Shown one piece after another: positions 48,328 to 59,156 of a stretch of 64,000 nt of DNA. The notes beneath the pieces were generated by a model. It worked only from the letters and a program-made list of their open reading frames with translations, was not told the origin of the DNA and ran no database searches. Position 1 is the first letter of the stretch, and every line of letters starts with the position of its first letter. This DNA is from an uncultured virus (IMG/VR IMGVR_UViG_3300011906_000001). Lineage: Duplodnaviria > Heunggongvirae > Uroviricota > Caudoviricetes. The stretch is taken from positions 124,001-188,000 of IMG/VR virus record IMGVR_UViG_3300011906_000001, one strand, 5' to 3'. The position numbers and the translations under genes are program-made.

Positions 48328-49086
48328 ATGACGAAAACCCCTTCAGTTGTGAGTATTGTGATTCGATCTCAAGACGCCTGCGGTAAAGGTGCTTTGATTA
48401 AAACCCTGGCGACATTGCTGCAAGAACACATTCAAGGCATCTCTGTCACAGTGCCTGAGAGTTTTGATGATGTCAAGCCGTTTGAATTCGATCAGGTCAT
48501 CATTGAATTTAGCGAAGGCAAAGAAGCACCAGGCCTTGGGATGATAAGTTACCGCAATCAGTTTGAAACACCTGTGGATGCATTGACTAAATTCAAAATT
48601 GAAATCAGCCAAATCCTGTCGATGTTTTTAAGCCAAGTTCAGTCAGATGTGTATCAGAACGCTAAAGTTGAATACCCCCTGGCGTTTGGGAGTATCACCA
48701 TTGAAGGGGCGTCTAATAAGAGCCCAATGGGAGGCCTCTATCGGGTGTCGTTATCAGGGGCTAATCCTAGGGCATGGGAAACCAGTGATGTTGACATGGC
48801 CATGGACATCTTCAGGTTCTATTGTTTAGACCAAACCATGCCGCCCATTAAATGGCTGTGGGTTAAGTCCATTGATGATAACGCCATGAACGTTAACTGC
48901 ATCAGCTATGAAACCTTGAAGGGAAAGGTGACGTTCCTTCAAAATCAAGACAGCGGTAACCAAGAGCTTTACGCCTACACAGTTAAAGAGGAGCCTGATA
49001 ACCTGTCGGTGTTAGGCAGTCCTCTGATTACAACCGATTTCCAAAAGGCCATGAACCACTTCATTCGGTTGACTGAAAAGTTGTAA
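48328..49086 (+). CDS. Hypothetical protein with degenerate P-loop-like N-terminus
   Basis: IVIRSQDACGKGALIK. Confidence 0.6.
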   Translation: MTKTPSVVSIVIRSQDACGKGALIKTLATLLQEHIQGISVTVPESFDDVKPFEFDQVIIEFSEGKEAPGLGMISYRNQFETPVDALTKFKIEISQILSMFLSQVQSDVYQNAKVEYPLAFGSITIEGASNKSPMGGLYRVSLSGANPRAWETSDVDMAMDIFRFYCLDQTMPPIKWLWVKSIDDNAMNVNCISYETLKGKVTFLQNQDSGNQELYAYTVKEEPDNLSVLGSPLITTDFQKAMNHFIRLTEKL

Positions 49087-49221
49087 ACGAAATAAGCCCC
49101 TCCCATTATGGGAGGGGTTATGCACGTGGCATTAAATTCCAACCCAATTAGGAGCGTAATGGCTACTCAAGATAACCCTACAGAGTATTATGGATAAATT
49201 CTACATGAATGAGGATCTATC

Positions 49222-49404
49222 ATGAAAAAAGAAGATTCACTCGAATTTAGCTTAGGCCCTATGACCGTGAGTCAAGAGGTCCATAATGGGTCTGATTACA
49301 TCATCGAACTTCAAATCCCAAACACCTACAATCAAACTCAACTTCAGTTAGATTTAAAAACCTTCCTCGCCTCAAAGTACCCAGGCGTTAAGATTCTACC
49401 CTGA
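49222..49404 (+). CDS. Hypothetical protein
   Basis: GAGG RBS. Confidence 0.5.
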   Translation: MKKEDSLEFSLGPMTVSQEVHNGSDYIIELQIPNTYNQTQLQLDLKTFLASKYPGVKILP

Positions 49405-49459
49405 CCCCTTTTAGTATAGCTAAATAAACCCAACCCCAAAAAAAAGGAACTGTTGTATT

Positions 49460-50413
49460 ATGTCCGCTTCTCAAAAAGCCAAGATTGTGGTATACGCCTG
49501 TGGTGGCGCTGCGCTTAACTTAGGCCCTAAGATCAATCATCCTGATGTTGAGGTTTACTATGTAGACACCAGCATGGCCAACCGCAATGATGGCGTTGAT
49601 GCCAGCCAGCTTTATCAGATTCCAGGGGTCGATGGCGCTGGCCAGAATCGTAAGATGATCTATCGTCACGTGCAACCGCACATCGAAGGGATCATTAAGC
49701 AGTTTGAGCCAGGTGATTTTAACATCGTACTGTTCTCAGCTTCGGGCGGCTCGGGTTCCACCGTAGGTCCTCTGATGATCCGTAACCTGCTCGAACAGGG
49801 TCATACCACCATGGCCTCTGTGATTGGGGCATCCGATTCGGCCAAGTTCCTTGAGAACACTATCAACACTCTAAAGTCTTTGGAAGCGATCTCTGCGGCC
49901 ACTGGCGCGCCTGTGCTGATGAACTATCATGAGAACCAGCAAGGGATTCCACAATCGAGCATTGATGCCGAATTGCTCTTTGGTATGGAAACCCTGTTTA
50001 CGCTGGCCGATCAGAATAACCTGGGACTTGACACTCAAGACATTCATAACTGGGTGAACTATAACCTGGTCAGTCCTGTTCAGCCTCAACTAGCCGCCCT
50101 GTCGATCTACGATACGCGTCAGCAGGCTTCTCAAGCCATCGAACCGATCGCAACCTTGTCACTGTATGATGATAAGGATAAAGCCAATGCGTTTGGCAAT
50201 CCGTATTACACCAAAACAGGCTCGCCTCGCACGCCGCGTGACGACATGCCAGATCAGCTTCATTTTGTCATCACCACGAAACTGGTGGAGGAGTTCTTCT
50301 CAGACCTGACATCCAAGCAACTTGAAATGAACAAGGCCTTCAGTGCATACCGCAACCGTAAAGCCCTGGTGGATGTGGATGATGTCGTAGGCGATGACGG
50401 TTTGGTTCTGTAA
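49460..50413 (+). CDS. phuZ: PhuZ phage tubulin
   Basis: YACGGAALN, VDTS, GAGQNR, tubulin signature SGGSGS and acidic C-tail DDGLVL. Confidence 0.95.
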   Translation: MSASQKAKIVVYACGGAALNLGPKINHPDVEVYYVDTSMANRNDGVDASQLYQIPGVDGAGQNRKMIYRHVQPHIEGIIKQFEPGDFNIVLFSASGGSGSTVGPLMIRNLLEQGHTTMASVIGASDSAKFLENTINTLKSLEAISAATGAPVLMNYHENQQGIPQSSIDAELLFGMETLFTLADQNNLGLDTQDIHNWVNYNLVSPVQPQLAALSIYDTRQQASQAIEPIATLSLYDDKDKANAFGNPYYTKTGSPRTPRDDMPDQLHFVITTKLVEEFFSDLTSKQLEMNKAFSAYRNRKALVDVDDVVGDDGLVL

Positions 50414-50496
50414 ATCGTTAATAGTACGGGGGTTGTAAGGATTCTTGCAATCCCCTTCTAACCTTAAAATCAAGCCCAAGCTTGAAAGGAGCGCAG

Positions 50497-51003
50497 ATGC
50501 CTAAATCTGCGAAAGTTAAATACCAAGACGAGGCAATAGCCGATGAGTTAGGGCTTATACTTTCCCCCTTTACGGTTACCTTAAAACACACCGCAGGCTT
50601 TACGGCGTTGGTTAAATCATTAATCTTCAGTTTCATGAAAGACAATGAGGTTTACTATGATAAAGCCACCACCTGGACTCACTGCAATGGACGGCGAGTG
50701 CGTAAACGAAAGTTTGCAATAGCCCCTCATGCCCTAAGCAACCTTCATAACAAGCTTTATAACCGTTGGTATTTTACCGATGGGGTTAATTTGTTTCCAG
50801 TACAACATGCCAAAATGAGTGATGTATTAGACTTCTTCTATTTTGTTGAGGATGACAATCCTCGATTATACACTCACATCGCGTATACACCCAAGGAGAC
50901 CCCCTTCATACGCAAAAAACCACTCATGGCAATGCGTGTTGTTAAAGGAGACTTCGGTCCTCCCGTAAACGTCCAACCAAAGAACAGTTGTATCCGTGCA
51001 TAG
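50497..51003 (+). CDS. Hypothetical basic protein
   Basis: AAGGAG RBS before MPKSA. Confidence 0.6.
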   Translation: MPKSAKVKYQDEAIADELGLILSPFTVTLKHTAGFTALVKSLIFSFMKDNEVYYDKATTWTHCNGRRVRKRKFAIAPHALSNLHNKLYNRWYFTDGVNLFPVQHAKMSDVLDFFYFVEDDNPRLYTHIAYTPKETPFIRKKPLMAMRVVKGDFGPPVNVQPKNSCIRA

Positions 51004-51042
51004 GCCCTCCCATTATGGGAGGGCTTTATGACTTTTCTTTTT

Positions 51043-51840
51043 TTAATTCACGCCAACAATAGTTCTCAGGTAACGTCTCTTAGCTTCTGGATCGGCATAG
51101 ACCATTAGTTTCTTCCATTTCTTTAATTGATCTTGATACATCTGTTCGGCATCCGAAAACCCCATGACAATATCTTGGAAGACCCCCAACGCTTGACCAC
51201 CCGACAAATAAGCCTGACCCATGGGAATGGTGGTGGTGTTGTAGATATAGGCTTTAACCGCCAACACACACAGCTTGGCGAATTCAGGAATGATGGTTGG
51301 CCTGATGTTAGACAACTGTTCATCATTGCCTAAACGACAGCGCATAAAGGCAGCACTATAAGGCATGTAGGCAAATCGACACATGATCGTGTTATGAGCA
51401 ATCAGGTTCAAATAGCTGGTCGCCGCCGGGGGAACTTTCATTGCCGAATCAAGCACTTTGCGCATTTCAGATCCTAAGGTACTGTCGGCATAACTCATGG
51501 CATGCGCGGCATTGGTGTAACCCAAGATACCAAAGTGAATGGAATACGCCTGAACAATGGCACGATTCTGGGTCATCTCATCAGGGATGTAGTAAATCAC
51601 CGTGAATGGATCGATGTATTCGGATCGAACAGGAGCCCTTAGGTCGATAAAGGTTTCAGTACCCCCAATCAAATCCATATCAACCAATACCCGAGGTTCA
51701 AGCACAGCTTCTCGAATACGGGTTTCAAGGGAAATCAATGCCCCACAGGTGGTCATGTCTTGGGTGATGAACGCTTGATTCAACACCTCTTTTGGAATGT
51801 TGTACCGAATTTCATCGATGGCTTTTGTTAAAGGATTCAT
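51043..51840 (-). CDS. Conserved chimallivirus protein
   Basis: MNPLTKAIDEI..IPKEVL and LAVKAYIYN motifs; lies downstream of phuZ. Confidence 0.7.
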   Translation of the reverse strand: MNPLTKAIDEIRYNIPKEVLNQAFITQDMTTCGALISLETRIREAVLEPRVLVDMDLIGGTETFIDLRAPVRSEYIDPFTVIYYIPDEMTQNRAIVQAYSIHFGILGYTNAAHAMSYADSTLGSEMRKVLDSAMKVPPAATSYLNLIAHNTIMCRFAYMPYSAAFMRCRLGNDEQLSNIRPTIIPEFAKLCVLAVKAYIYNTTTIPMGQAYLSGGQALGVFQDIVMGFSDAEQMYQDQLKKWKKLMVYADPEAKRRYLRTIVGVN

Positions 51841-51943
51841 TCTAAGGCTCCTAAATGGCTCTATATGAAACGTTCGCTGTTAATTAATACTTAGGGGCTA
51901 AATACTATACGAAAGCCCGTTAGAAACGATTTAAATAGGTTTT

Positions 51944-51956
51944 AAACATATATCAT
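51944..51956 (+). promoter_or_regulatory. Putative early promoter
   Basis: AAACATATATCAT, same core as at 1182. Confidence 0.55.
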
Positions 51957-52019
51957 CCTTGGAGTAAGCAGGTGTAGGGAACGACGTATGTGTAACCATA
52001 AACGAAGAGTGATACGGGA

Positions 52020-52361
52020 ATGAGTCATCAACAAGCAATGGCCCGTGTCTATGTATACGATGTGGCGACTGTCATCGATGCGTTAGATAAGCATTGTCCT
52101 CACGATGTATCCATGGGACGTTGGTCTTATGAGTATTTCATCGATGGCTTTTTTAAATGGGCGCTTGATAGCTTTCAGTTTCTGGGAATTCGAGATGCTC
52201 GGATTGATCATTTCACGCAAGACATCTTGTTTTGGTATAACCAGCAAGATAACGCTAAACATAAATTGTGGGAGTTATTCAGCATAGAAGAATCCTTCGC
52301 AGGTCGTGAAGCCTTTATCGTCAGGCATAAAACGACCTTATGGATTTTCGTGTTGGTATAA
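52020..52361 (+). CDS. Hypothetical protein
   Basis: First ORF after the promoter. Confidence 0.6.
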   Translation: MSHQQAMARVYVYDVATVIDALDKHCPHDVSMGRWSYEYFIDGFFKWALDSFQFLGIRDARIDHFTQDILFWYNQQDNAKHKLWELFSIEESFAGREAFIVRHKTTLWIFVLV

Positions 52362-52365
52362 ACCA

Positions 52366-53439
52366 ATGGGGGAGTATTACGTGAGTCATAAATTCATTGC
52401 ACTGGAAACCCGCTCATTTTTATCGCGTCTAGGGTTACTCACCGGCCAGTTTTGTAAGTTGATGAATCAGGGAATGATTGAAGAAGTCCCGGCTAAACAT
52501 CGGAAATACCTAAAGCAGCATCCCTTGGTACCCATGAACGAACATCGAGCCTTTGATTGGCTTGTGGGTACAATTGATCAGATGGTTCAATCACGGCTCA
52601 TGTATGTTAAACACACTACAGACCTTGAAATAGTTCGGGCCTTGTTTAACGATGACAGCCTACAGGTTAATAATTCAAACCTGTACTTTGCCCGCGCTTT
52701 CAATCAACTCGAAGAGATCGATAGTCTCATCATCGACCTTCAGTCAATGATTGACAATCACATCCCCTGTAACACCTGGGAGCAATGGAACGTCATCACC
52801 ATTGGGCGTTCGGTGTCATTGATCTCAGATCGGGATTATCGAGTAGTCGAATGGGAGAACCTGACCGGGTATCGAACAGAAGGCGTTCATATCCTTGAAT
52901 TGGACCTGTCGAACATCGTGTCTTACCTGCGCAATAAAATCAATGCAACCGTGGGTGAGATTGAGATGGAACTGCGGGGGACGACGCATCGGGTTAAACC
53001 GGGTAATCTGATTGACTTTAAGCCCATCTTACAAGATGCCCTTACAACCCTGTATCCACGAATTACCTTCCCTAACTACCTGCATTTAAATCCCGAGGTC
53101 AGCCAAACCTTTCAGCCCATTGAGATTGACTTTGATAAGCTCTCGATTGCTGGGGTGACCGATTATGCAATGTTCAGAGATAAGTTTGTATCCCCTGTAG
53201 TTGAAAGTTTTGGCCTCATTCACATGACCCGAAAGTTGGATGAAACCGACTATTATGTGGCCACCTTGGACAACAGTAATATCTTGACGATTGATTATGC
53301 TGATGCCAGTCAATGGCGTGAGCCTAATAATGAGGAAACTGAGCTTAAGCAGTTAGCCGAATCGTTGATTGCAGGCGATTACCTTCCCCCAGATGACCGC
53401 CGGCGCGCTGAAGAATATATTTTAAACCTTCCCCGATAA
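52366..53439 (+). CDS. Hypothetical protein
   Basis: Long ORF; start is 52366 or 52381. Confidence 0.7.
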   Translation: MGEYYVSHKFIALETRSFLSRLGLLTGQFCKLMNQGMIEEVPAKHRKYLKQHPLVPMNEHRAFDWLVGTIDQMVQSRLMYVKHTTDLEIVRALFNDDSLQVNNSNLYFARAFNQLEEIDSLIIDLQSMIDNHIPCNTWEQWNVITIGRSVSLISDRDYRVVEWENLTGYRTEGVHILELDLSNIVSYLRNKINATVGEIEMELRGTTHRVKPGNLIDFKPILQDALTTLYPRITFPNYLHLNPEVSQTFQPIEIDFDKLSIAGVTDYAMFRDKFVSPVVESFGLIHMTRKLDETDYYVATLDNSNILTIDYADASQWREPNNEETELKQLAESLIAGDYLPPDDRRRAEEYILNLPR

Positions 53440-53500
53440 TGTAAGCATAATTCCCTGGGGCTTCCCAGGGGCTTATGCCCTTATACAGAGTAATCGATCC

Positions 53501-53992
53501 ATGGATATTTCGTATGACGTCTTTGGGCGTCCTATCATGCCTGAGGAACACCACCATTACATCACGGATGAAGTGAATGAACAAAGCCCACTTAAGCAGT
53601 TTATTATCAGGCTATCGCGTGATGAGCTATTAGGGCCTAACCATGGTCAGCATGCTAAAGTCATGACGTTTTATAATGACGATGAACGTCTGTTCTTTCA
53701 AGCCGTGTGTCGCATTGCAATGGTGATGGCTGAGGTCACACCCTTTAGTTCGTCACAGGACCTTAACCGCACCCATCAAGCCATCCATTCACGGCTAAGC
53801 TGTAGTTTAATGGACATCGGTCATATGAATCGGATGATCATCGATACTGCCGCGATGAACTTTGTGTTAAAGCATATTGAACAATGTGCGAAGGTGCTTA
53901 AAACAGCCATGCCTAATGGCATTTGGAAATCCTTAAGTCCAGCATGGATCAGGCCGGATCTGCTGTTATTCACAGGTGTGCTTTATGGGTAA
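53501..53992 (+). CDS. Hypothetical protein
   Basis: ORF in a tightly packed operon. Confidence 0.65.
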   Translation: MDISYDVFGRPIMPEEHHHYITDEVNEQSPLKQFIIRLSRDELLGPNHGQHAKVMTFYNDDERLFFQAVCRIAMVMAEVTPFSSSQDLNRTHQAIHSRLSCSLMDIGHMNRMIIDTAAMNFVLKHIEQCAKVLKTAMPNGIWKSLSPAWIRPDLLLFTGVLYG

Positions 53993-54350
53993 AGTAGTGC
54001 CTGTTAAAAAGAACATTGAACAGGGTATTATCTGTATTCCGATTAAGGATGTCTTAGACAATGAACCGGTCTTTGAGTTGGGTGAACAACGAGGGTTTAC
54101 TAAGATCACGGTCATGAGTGCTATCATTGGCGTGGCCGATGGATTGCTAGACAATGACATTGATTACACAAGCTGTTATGAGTTTGTGAATAAGGTTCTT
54201 CCATCAGTTCCCGGTTACAATGACTTGATGGACATGGTGATTCATTGTGCTTTAAGGTTGGTTAAAATACTGCCAGCTAAAGCCTGTGAATTACTCTACC
54301 TTAAAACCGGTCATCGTAACCTGTATCTTAAAGTGAATTTAGAGCCATGA
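53985..54350 (+). CDS. Hypothetical protein
   Basis: ORF in a tightly packed operon. Confidence 0.6.
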   Translation: MGKVVPVKKNIEQGIICIPIKDVLDNEPVFELGEQRGFTKITVMSAIIGVADGLLDNDIDYTSCYEFVNKVLPSVPGYNDLMDMVIHCALRLVKILPAKACELLYLKTGHRNLYLKVNLEP

Positions 54351-54721
54351 ACAAAGCCCCCTGTTCGGTTTTAGTGGTCATCCCGGAGGATGACCTTGCC
54401 GAACTCTATAATCCCTTAAGAGACCTGTATATGCAGTTCTTCGGGACTGCGGATCTAGTGTTCACCTTCGATCAATATTTACTGGGCCTTGAACATTGTT
54501 TGAACACCTACATCACCCAAGGTGCTGAGTGTGTACGAGAAGCCATCGTAGACCTGTATGAAGAGCTGTACATGCATGATTTTCTACCTGAACGGATGAT
54601 CCAGCGCCTTGAGGAACATACCTTCAACCACGGTTTAAAGCTCGCTAAACACACTCATAAGGTGCAATTGATAGCAACCCAAAAAGGGTTGAGTTACTGG
54701 ATCAATGAAACATCCCTATAA
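54347..54721 (+). CDS. Hypothetical protein
   Basis: ATGA overlap with the upstream gene. Confidence 0.65.
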   Translation: MNKAPCSVLVVIPEDDLAELYNPLRDLYMQFFGTADLVFTFDQYLLGLEHCLNTYITQGAECVREAIVDLYEELYMHDFLPERMIQRLEEHTFNHGLKLAKHTHKVQLIATQKGLSYWINETSL

Positions 54722-54741
54722 ACCTACAATGGACTGGATCT

Positions 54742-55113
54742 ATGAACACTGAACCTCATGGGAATACATCGATTATCAGTATTCCCAAACAAACCTTATT
54801 CGAACTCTATGAGGTGATGAAAGAGCTGGCGGATAAACGCGCAGGCCAAACCGGTGAGCCGGCATGTTTTACTGAAGGTAGTTATTGCATGTTGCTTCAG
54901 CACTGCTTTAACGCCTTTATTAAACAAGATTATCCAGGCGATCTGGAAACCACTCTGGCTGATTATTTAGAAAACATCATGGCTGATTATGACATTATCC
55001 ATCTGGATATGTTCATTGAAGATCACTTAAAGAAGTTTCCTCCTAACCTCAGTGGGATTTATTTTATTGCTTTGCGTTATGAAATGACCTACTGGCAGTT
55101 TCAGTTTAAATAA
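54742..55113 (+). CDS. Hypothetical protein
   Basis: Operon context; architecture similar to 54347-54721. Confidence 0.65.
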   Translation: MNTEPHGNTSIISIPKQTLFELYEVMKELADKRAGQTGEPACFTEGSYCMLLQHCFNAFIKQDYPGDLETTLADYLENIMADYDIIHLDMFIEDHLKKFPPNLSGIYFIALRYEMTYWQFQFK

Positions 55114-55116
55114 GCC

Positions 55117-55551
55117 ATGATTAAAATTCCTGTCTTTTTCGATGCAAGGCCTCTGATGAAACATATTCACGAGGTTGAAAATGAAAAGCTGATTGGGTTG
55201 ACGTTTAATCATTACTACGCTTTATGTGTAAAGGCCTCTGAGCGCTCCTATCCGTGCGACTGGGAAGCAATGCTTAAAGACCATGTCCAAGATACCTATT
55301 TGGACATTGCGGTGCATGGTGGGACGTTTAACGTGGTTGACGCCAAAACTGGGGATATCAACACCACCAGTTGTTACACACGGTATTTTGAGTTGATGAC
55401 AATGATTAACCATCATTATAGACTCGATACCATGGCCTTGATTAACAATATCAACCTGATTGGCAAACTCAAAACACTGACCTACGTTCAGCATAATCAA
55501 CATTGCATTATCGCTGAGGTGGGGTACTTAGGACTATTAACCCATGACTAA
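55117..55551 (+). CDS. Hypothetical protein
   Basis: Operon context. Confidence 0.65.
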   Translation: MIKIPVFFDARPLMKHIHEVENEKLIGLTFNHYYALCVKASERSYPCDWEAMLKDHVQDTYLDIAVHGGTFNVVDAKTGDINTTSCYTRYFELMTMINHHYRLDTMALINNINLIGKLKTLTYVQHNQHCIIAEVGYLGLLTHD

Positions 55552-56020
55552 CCCCTCCCAAATCCCCCCTTCTCAAAATTGTGGAGTGATGGTTGACATC
55601 AGTATGATCCATTTTGAAATTAAGAAAATGGTGGATGTCATCTGTGGCCAAGGGTTGGCTAACTCAATCCCTGTGGATGATCTGGCCATCGAATCCTTGT
55701 TGTATGAAGCGTTAAATCATTACTTAAGTTATGTCATCAGTAGGTCCCACGTGAACATAGGGATCGACTATTACTTAGATGAATACTTCGCAGAAATCGC
55801 TCCCTTTATCAAGTCCCATCCTCAGGCCTTAAACTTCTTAGGCACAACCTTCGCCACAGCAGCGGCTAACATCGCCCAACAACTTCATCCGGCCATGACT
55901 AAGCTTGAGTACCTAGGTCAGGATGTCCATGACCTACAGTCATTTCCTGTTCAACCTGGAAAGCTGTCGTTGTATGTGGTTGAAGGTGAAGGGTTCGAAG
56001 GTTGTGAGGATGTCCTTTGA
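55544..56020 (+). CDS. Hypothetical protein
   Basis: Operon context; AGGA RBS. Confidence 0.65.
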   Translation: MTNPSQIPPSQNCGVMVDISMIHFEIKKMVDVICGQGLANSIPVDDLAIESLLYEALNHYLSYVISRSHVNIGIDYYLDEYFAEIAPFIKSHPQALNFLGTTFATAAANIAQQLHPAMTKLEYLGQDVHDLQSFPVQPGKLSLYVVEGEGFEGCEDVL

Positions 56021-56043
56021 TGTAAGTTTAGGATTAATGGTTC

Positions 56044-56400
56044 ATGAACGACCTTGAATATGTAAGCGTCAGTTTCAAGTCACAAGCGCTGGCAACTTAT
56101 GTGCAAGAGTATATTGCCAAGCATTACACCGATCAGGATTTGGATCAATCGTTAAAACACCGAATCCTCTTGAGCATCACCCAAGAATTGATCGATGCCT
56201 ACCTTGACTACCTGGAAAGTGGGATGTCGTTGGTGGACTGGGCTAAGGACGGCGCATGGGAAGATTACTTGTTGTTTAACCTTGAATCTGAGGTTAACAC
56301 CCTTCAACCGGACTACAATCCTTATCTGTTCGTTCCGATGGACCTTAACGGTATGGTACTGGTTGTGTTAACCCCGGTCACAACCAAGGATGTTTCTTAA
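56044..56400 (+). CDS. Hypothetical protein
   Basis: Operon context. Confidence 0.65.
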   Translation: MNDLEYVSVSFKSQALATYVQEYIAKHYTDQDLDQSLKHRILLSITQELIDAYLDYLESGMSLVDWAKDGAWEDYLLFNLESEVNTLQPDYNPYLFVPMDLNGMVLVVLTPVTTKDVS

Positions 56401-56449
56401 TGCATTCCTTAAACTTTATTAATTCATCCTAAGCTTAGGACTTGTTATC

Positions 56450-56863
56450 ATGGCCACTCTTCACGACGTACAAATCGGACAGCGCTTTTCATTTGAAGTG
56501 TATCCCACCGCGATCTTAGGCAATAATTTTAAAGATGTCCGCCTAGAAGGAATCTTAAGTGCACGTACTGCACTGGCCTCAGGCGTTGACATTGAATCGC
56601 TGCATCGTAATGTCTACCCCAGTTTACCGGCAGGGGTTCCTAATGACCCCTTCCAATACAACTTCATCAAGATTCAACATGCCAATGGCGAATACACCTA
56701 CATCGGTGTGCCTTACATTCGAAGTGATTCGATCGAGGTATCAACTGGAGGCACCATCAATTTAGTCTTCCAGGATAAGACCCAAACCGATCTTGATCGA
56801 ATCCTTTTGGCCCTCTCTGCCAGCGGTTACGCCCCCGATAGCACGTCGTTGATCAGAAGCTGA
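56450..56863 (+). CDS. Conserved protein (phiKZ gp49-like)
   Basis: FSFEVYPTAILGNNFK..H..VYPSLP..PNDP..IGVPYI; lies directly before the polymerase. Confidence 0.75.
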   Translation: MATLHDVQIGQRFSFEVYPTAILGNNFKDVRLEGILSARTALASGVDIESLHRNVYPSLPAGVPNDPFQYNFIKIQHANGEYTYIGVPYIRSDSIEVSTGGTINLVFQDKTQTDLDRILLALSASGYAPDSTSLIRS

Positions 56864-56982
56864 TATAAATACTCACGATCCTTATCCCATGTGAAAACGT
56901 TTGTTGTTATGTGACCATTGCATAAGAGCCTCCCATATGGGAGGCTTCTTTTTTCCTTTTTTATTTTCACGGATCACTTCTC

Positions 56983-59139
56983 ATGTCAAATCCTTTCTAT
57001 CTTCCAGCGTCTCATTACAAGCGTGATTTGAATTTTGTAGAAGGGTCTATTCGTGATGCGGCTACGTATATTCATCTTCAAACAGGCGATCCACTGGATC
57101 AATGCATTGAGTTTGTTAAGCAAACCCTAAGGCCGGATGGTGCGCATCCTTTGCAAAGTCCTCCAACGAGGATTCTGAATAAAAATCCTGAAGGGGATCG
57201 TGAAGTTAAAACGGTTAACTTCATGCAGTTTGTTAATCGGGTACAAAAGCAAGACCTTCTACTGTCGCCGTCTATGACTGCCTACATGCCTGAATCTAAG
57301 CGACGCAGTACCCATGCTCAATACATCGAAGAAGGGGTTAAGAACCGTAAGAAGGTTAAAGGTGAGATGTTCGATGCCGAACGCGCGGGCAATAAGGACA
57401 TGTACATCTTTAAGAAAGGTGCGCAAAACAACCTGAAGATCAACAATAACTCCTATTCAGGCGCTACGGTTTCAGCGGCTACTATTTTGCACTATAAGTC
57501 AACCCACAGTTCGTTGACCTCAACCTGCCGTACCGCTACAAGTTATGCTAACGCTTCTAATGAGAAGTTCATTGCAGGCAACCGGCATTACTATGACCCT
57601 GAGATCACCAAAGCCAATCTCATTGCCATTATCAATAACTCAGACATTACGCTCATTGATCAGGTGTGTAAGCGGCTTGGGCTTAAATACCCGACCGCAG
57701 AAGATGTGCTTGAGATGGTCATCTATTCGTCCAATAACTATTGGCAGAGTCAGGAACAAAAAGCATTGATTCTAAAGTTAGCCGAAGGGGCAACGCCTGC
57801 ACAACGGGCAGCGATGCTTTATGTCGGGGATTTGTATCAGCTTTATAATCATAACAAAGCCATCATCACCGATTTCCTATTAAAGCTGTCAGCGGTTGAT
57901 GAATCCAAGCAGCCTGTTGAGGACGCAACCTTTAAAAGCTATGACGGCGATTTAAAGCTGTTGGCCACGTTCTTGTGTTATGAGCAGGTCAAAGGGCGTG
58001 ATATTAATCAATTGATTAATGGAGACCCCAAGCAAGACCCCCCGCTTGCCCCTGAGCCTGAGGTCTATGACCTGCTTAAGGCCACGACTAAACATGCTTC
58101 TGATGTATTGATGGACCATCAGGATTTCCTCACAGCCTTTTTCATGACCAACGTCATGCCAAGTTCCATCCATGCATTCCCAAGCATTTATCGCAAAGCG
58201 GTTCCGGTTTCAGACACCGATTCAACCATGTTCACCCTTCAGTGGTGGGTTGAACAAATCTTTGGGGAGATTGTCTTTACCGCAGAAGCCAAGCGAGTGG
58301 TCTTTGGGTTGGTGTTCTTGATTTCAGAAGTGGTGATGCATCTGCTCGCCTTGCTCTCAACGAATATGGGAGTTAAGGAAGAGAAGTTAAGACTGCTTTC
58401 CATGAAGAACGAATACTACTTCGCCGTCTTGAACCTCACTACGCGTTCCAAGCATTACTATGCCTCTCAGGATGCCCAAGAAGGCATCATGTTTAAAAAG
58501 GCTAAACAGGAAACCAAAGGGGTAGGTCTGCGAGATTCTAAGGTTCCACCTAAAATCAATAAAGCGGCTAAAGCCATGATGAAGGAGATCTTGGATACAA
58601 TCAAGGCAGGCAAGAAACTCAAGATTACCGAACTGCTGACGAGGATTGCTAACCTTGAGCGAGAGATCATTCAATCGCTCTTAAGTGGTCAGTCTGAATA
58701 CCTGACCACAGGCCAGATCAAATCCTTAAACTCATATAAAAGTGAAGACAATGCCACCTTTAAGCAGTATGAGTTGTGGCGTGATGTGTTTGCGCCTTCA
58801 TTTGGTATGGTTCAAGAACCTCCTTATCAGGTCGTTAAAGTTTCGTTAGCCGTCAATAATAAAACCGATATGCAGGACTGGCTTGAGAAGATGAATAATC
58901 CCGCGTTGGCCGATCGGTTTAAGCTTTGGATGTTACAAGAGAAGAAAACCGAAATTGGAACACTCTTAATACCGGCCTCTATTGTAGAGACGACTAACAT
59001 TCCTAAAGAGATCACCTGCGCGATTGATACACGACGCGTTATCAGTAACACCATGGGAACGTTTTATCTCATGCTTGAATCCTTAGGGATCTTCTTGATT
59101 GATAAAAACAACACGCGGTTGGTGTCTGACTTCTATTGA
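56983..59139 (+). CDS. Split family-B DNA polymerase, polymerase subunit (phiKZ gp50-like)
   Basis: KINNNSYSG (motif B), VSDTDST (motif C), KHYY and KGVGL. Confidence 0.9.
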   Translation: MSNPFYLPASHYKRDLNFVEGSIRDAATYIHLQTGDPLDQCIEFVKQTLRPDGAHPLQSPPTRILNKNPEGDREVKTVNFMQFVNRVQKQDLLLSPSMTAYMPESKRRSTHAQYIEEGVKNRKKVKGEMFDAERAGNKDMYIFKKGAQNNLKINNNSYSGATVSAATILHYKSTHSSLTSTCRTATSYANASNEKFIAGNRHYYDPEITKANLIAIINNSDITLIDQVCKRLGLKYPTAEDVLEMVIYSSNNYWQSQEQKALILKLAEGATPAQRAAMLYVGDLYQLYNHNKAIITDFLLKLSAVDESKQPVEDATFKSYDGDLKLLATFLCYEQVKGRDINQLINGDPKQDPPLAPEPEVYDLLKATTKHASDVLMDHQDFLTAFFMTNVMPSSIHAFPSIYRKAVPVSDTDSTMFTLQWWVEQIFGEIVFTAEAKRVVFGLVFLISEVVMHLLALLSTNMGVKEEKLRLLSMKNEYYFAVLNLTTRSKHYYASQDAQEGIMFKKAKQETKGVGLRDSKVPPKINKAAKAMMKEILDTIKAGKKLKITELLTRIANLEREIIQSLLSGQSEYLTTGQIKSLNSYKSEDNATFKQYELWRDVFAPSFGMVQEPPYQVVKVSLAVNNKTDMQDWLEKMNNPALADRFKLWMLQEKKTEIGTLLIPASIVETTNIPKEITCAIDTRRVISNTMGTFYLMLESLGIFLIDKNNTRLVSDFY

Positions 59140-59156
59140 CCTAACGGAGCACGCTC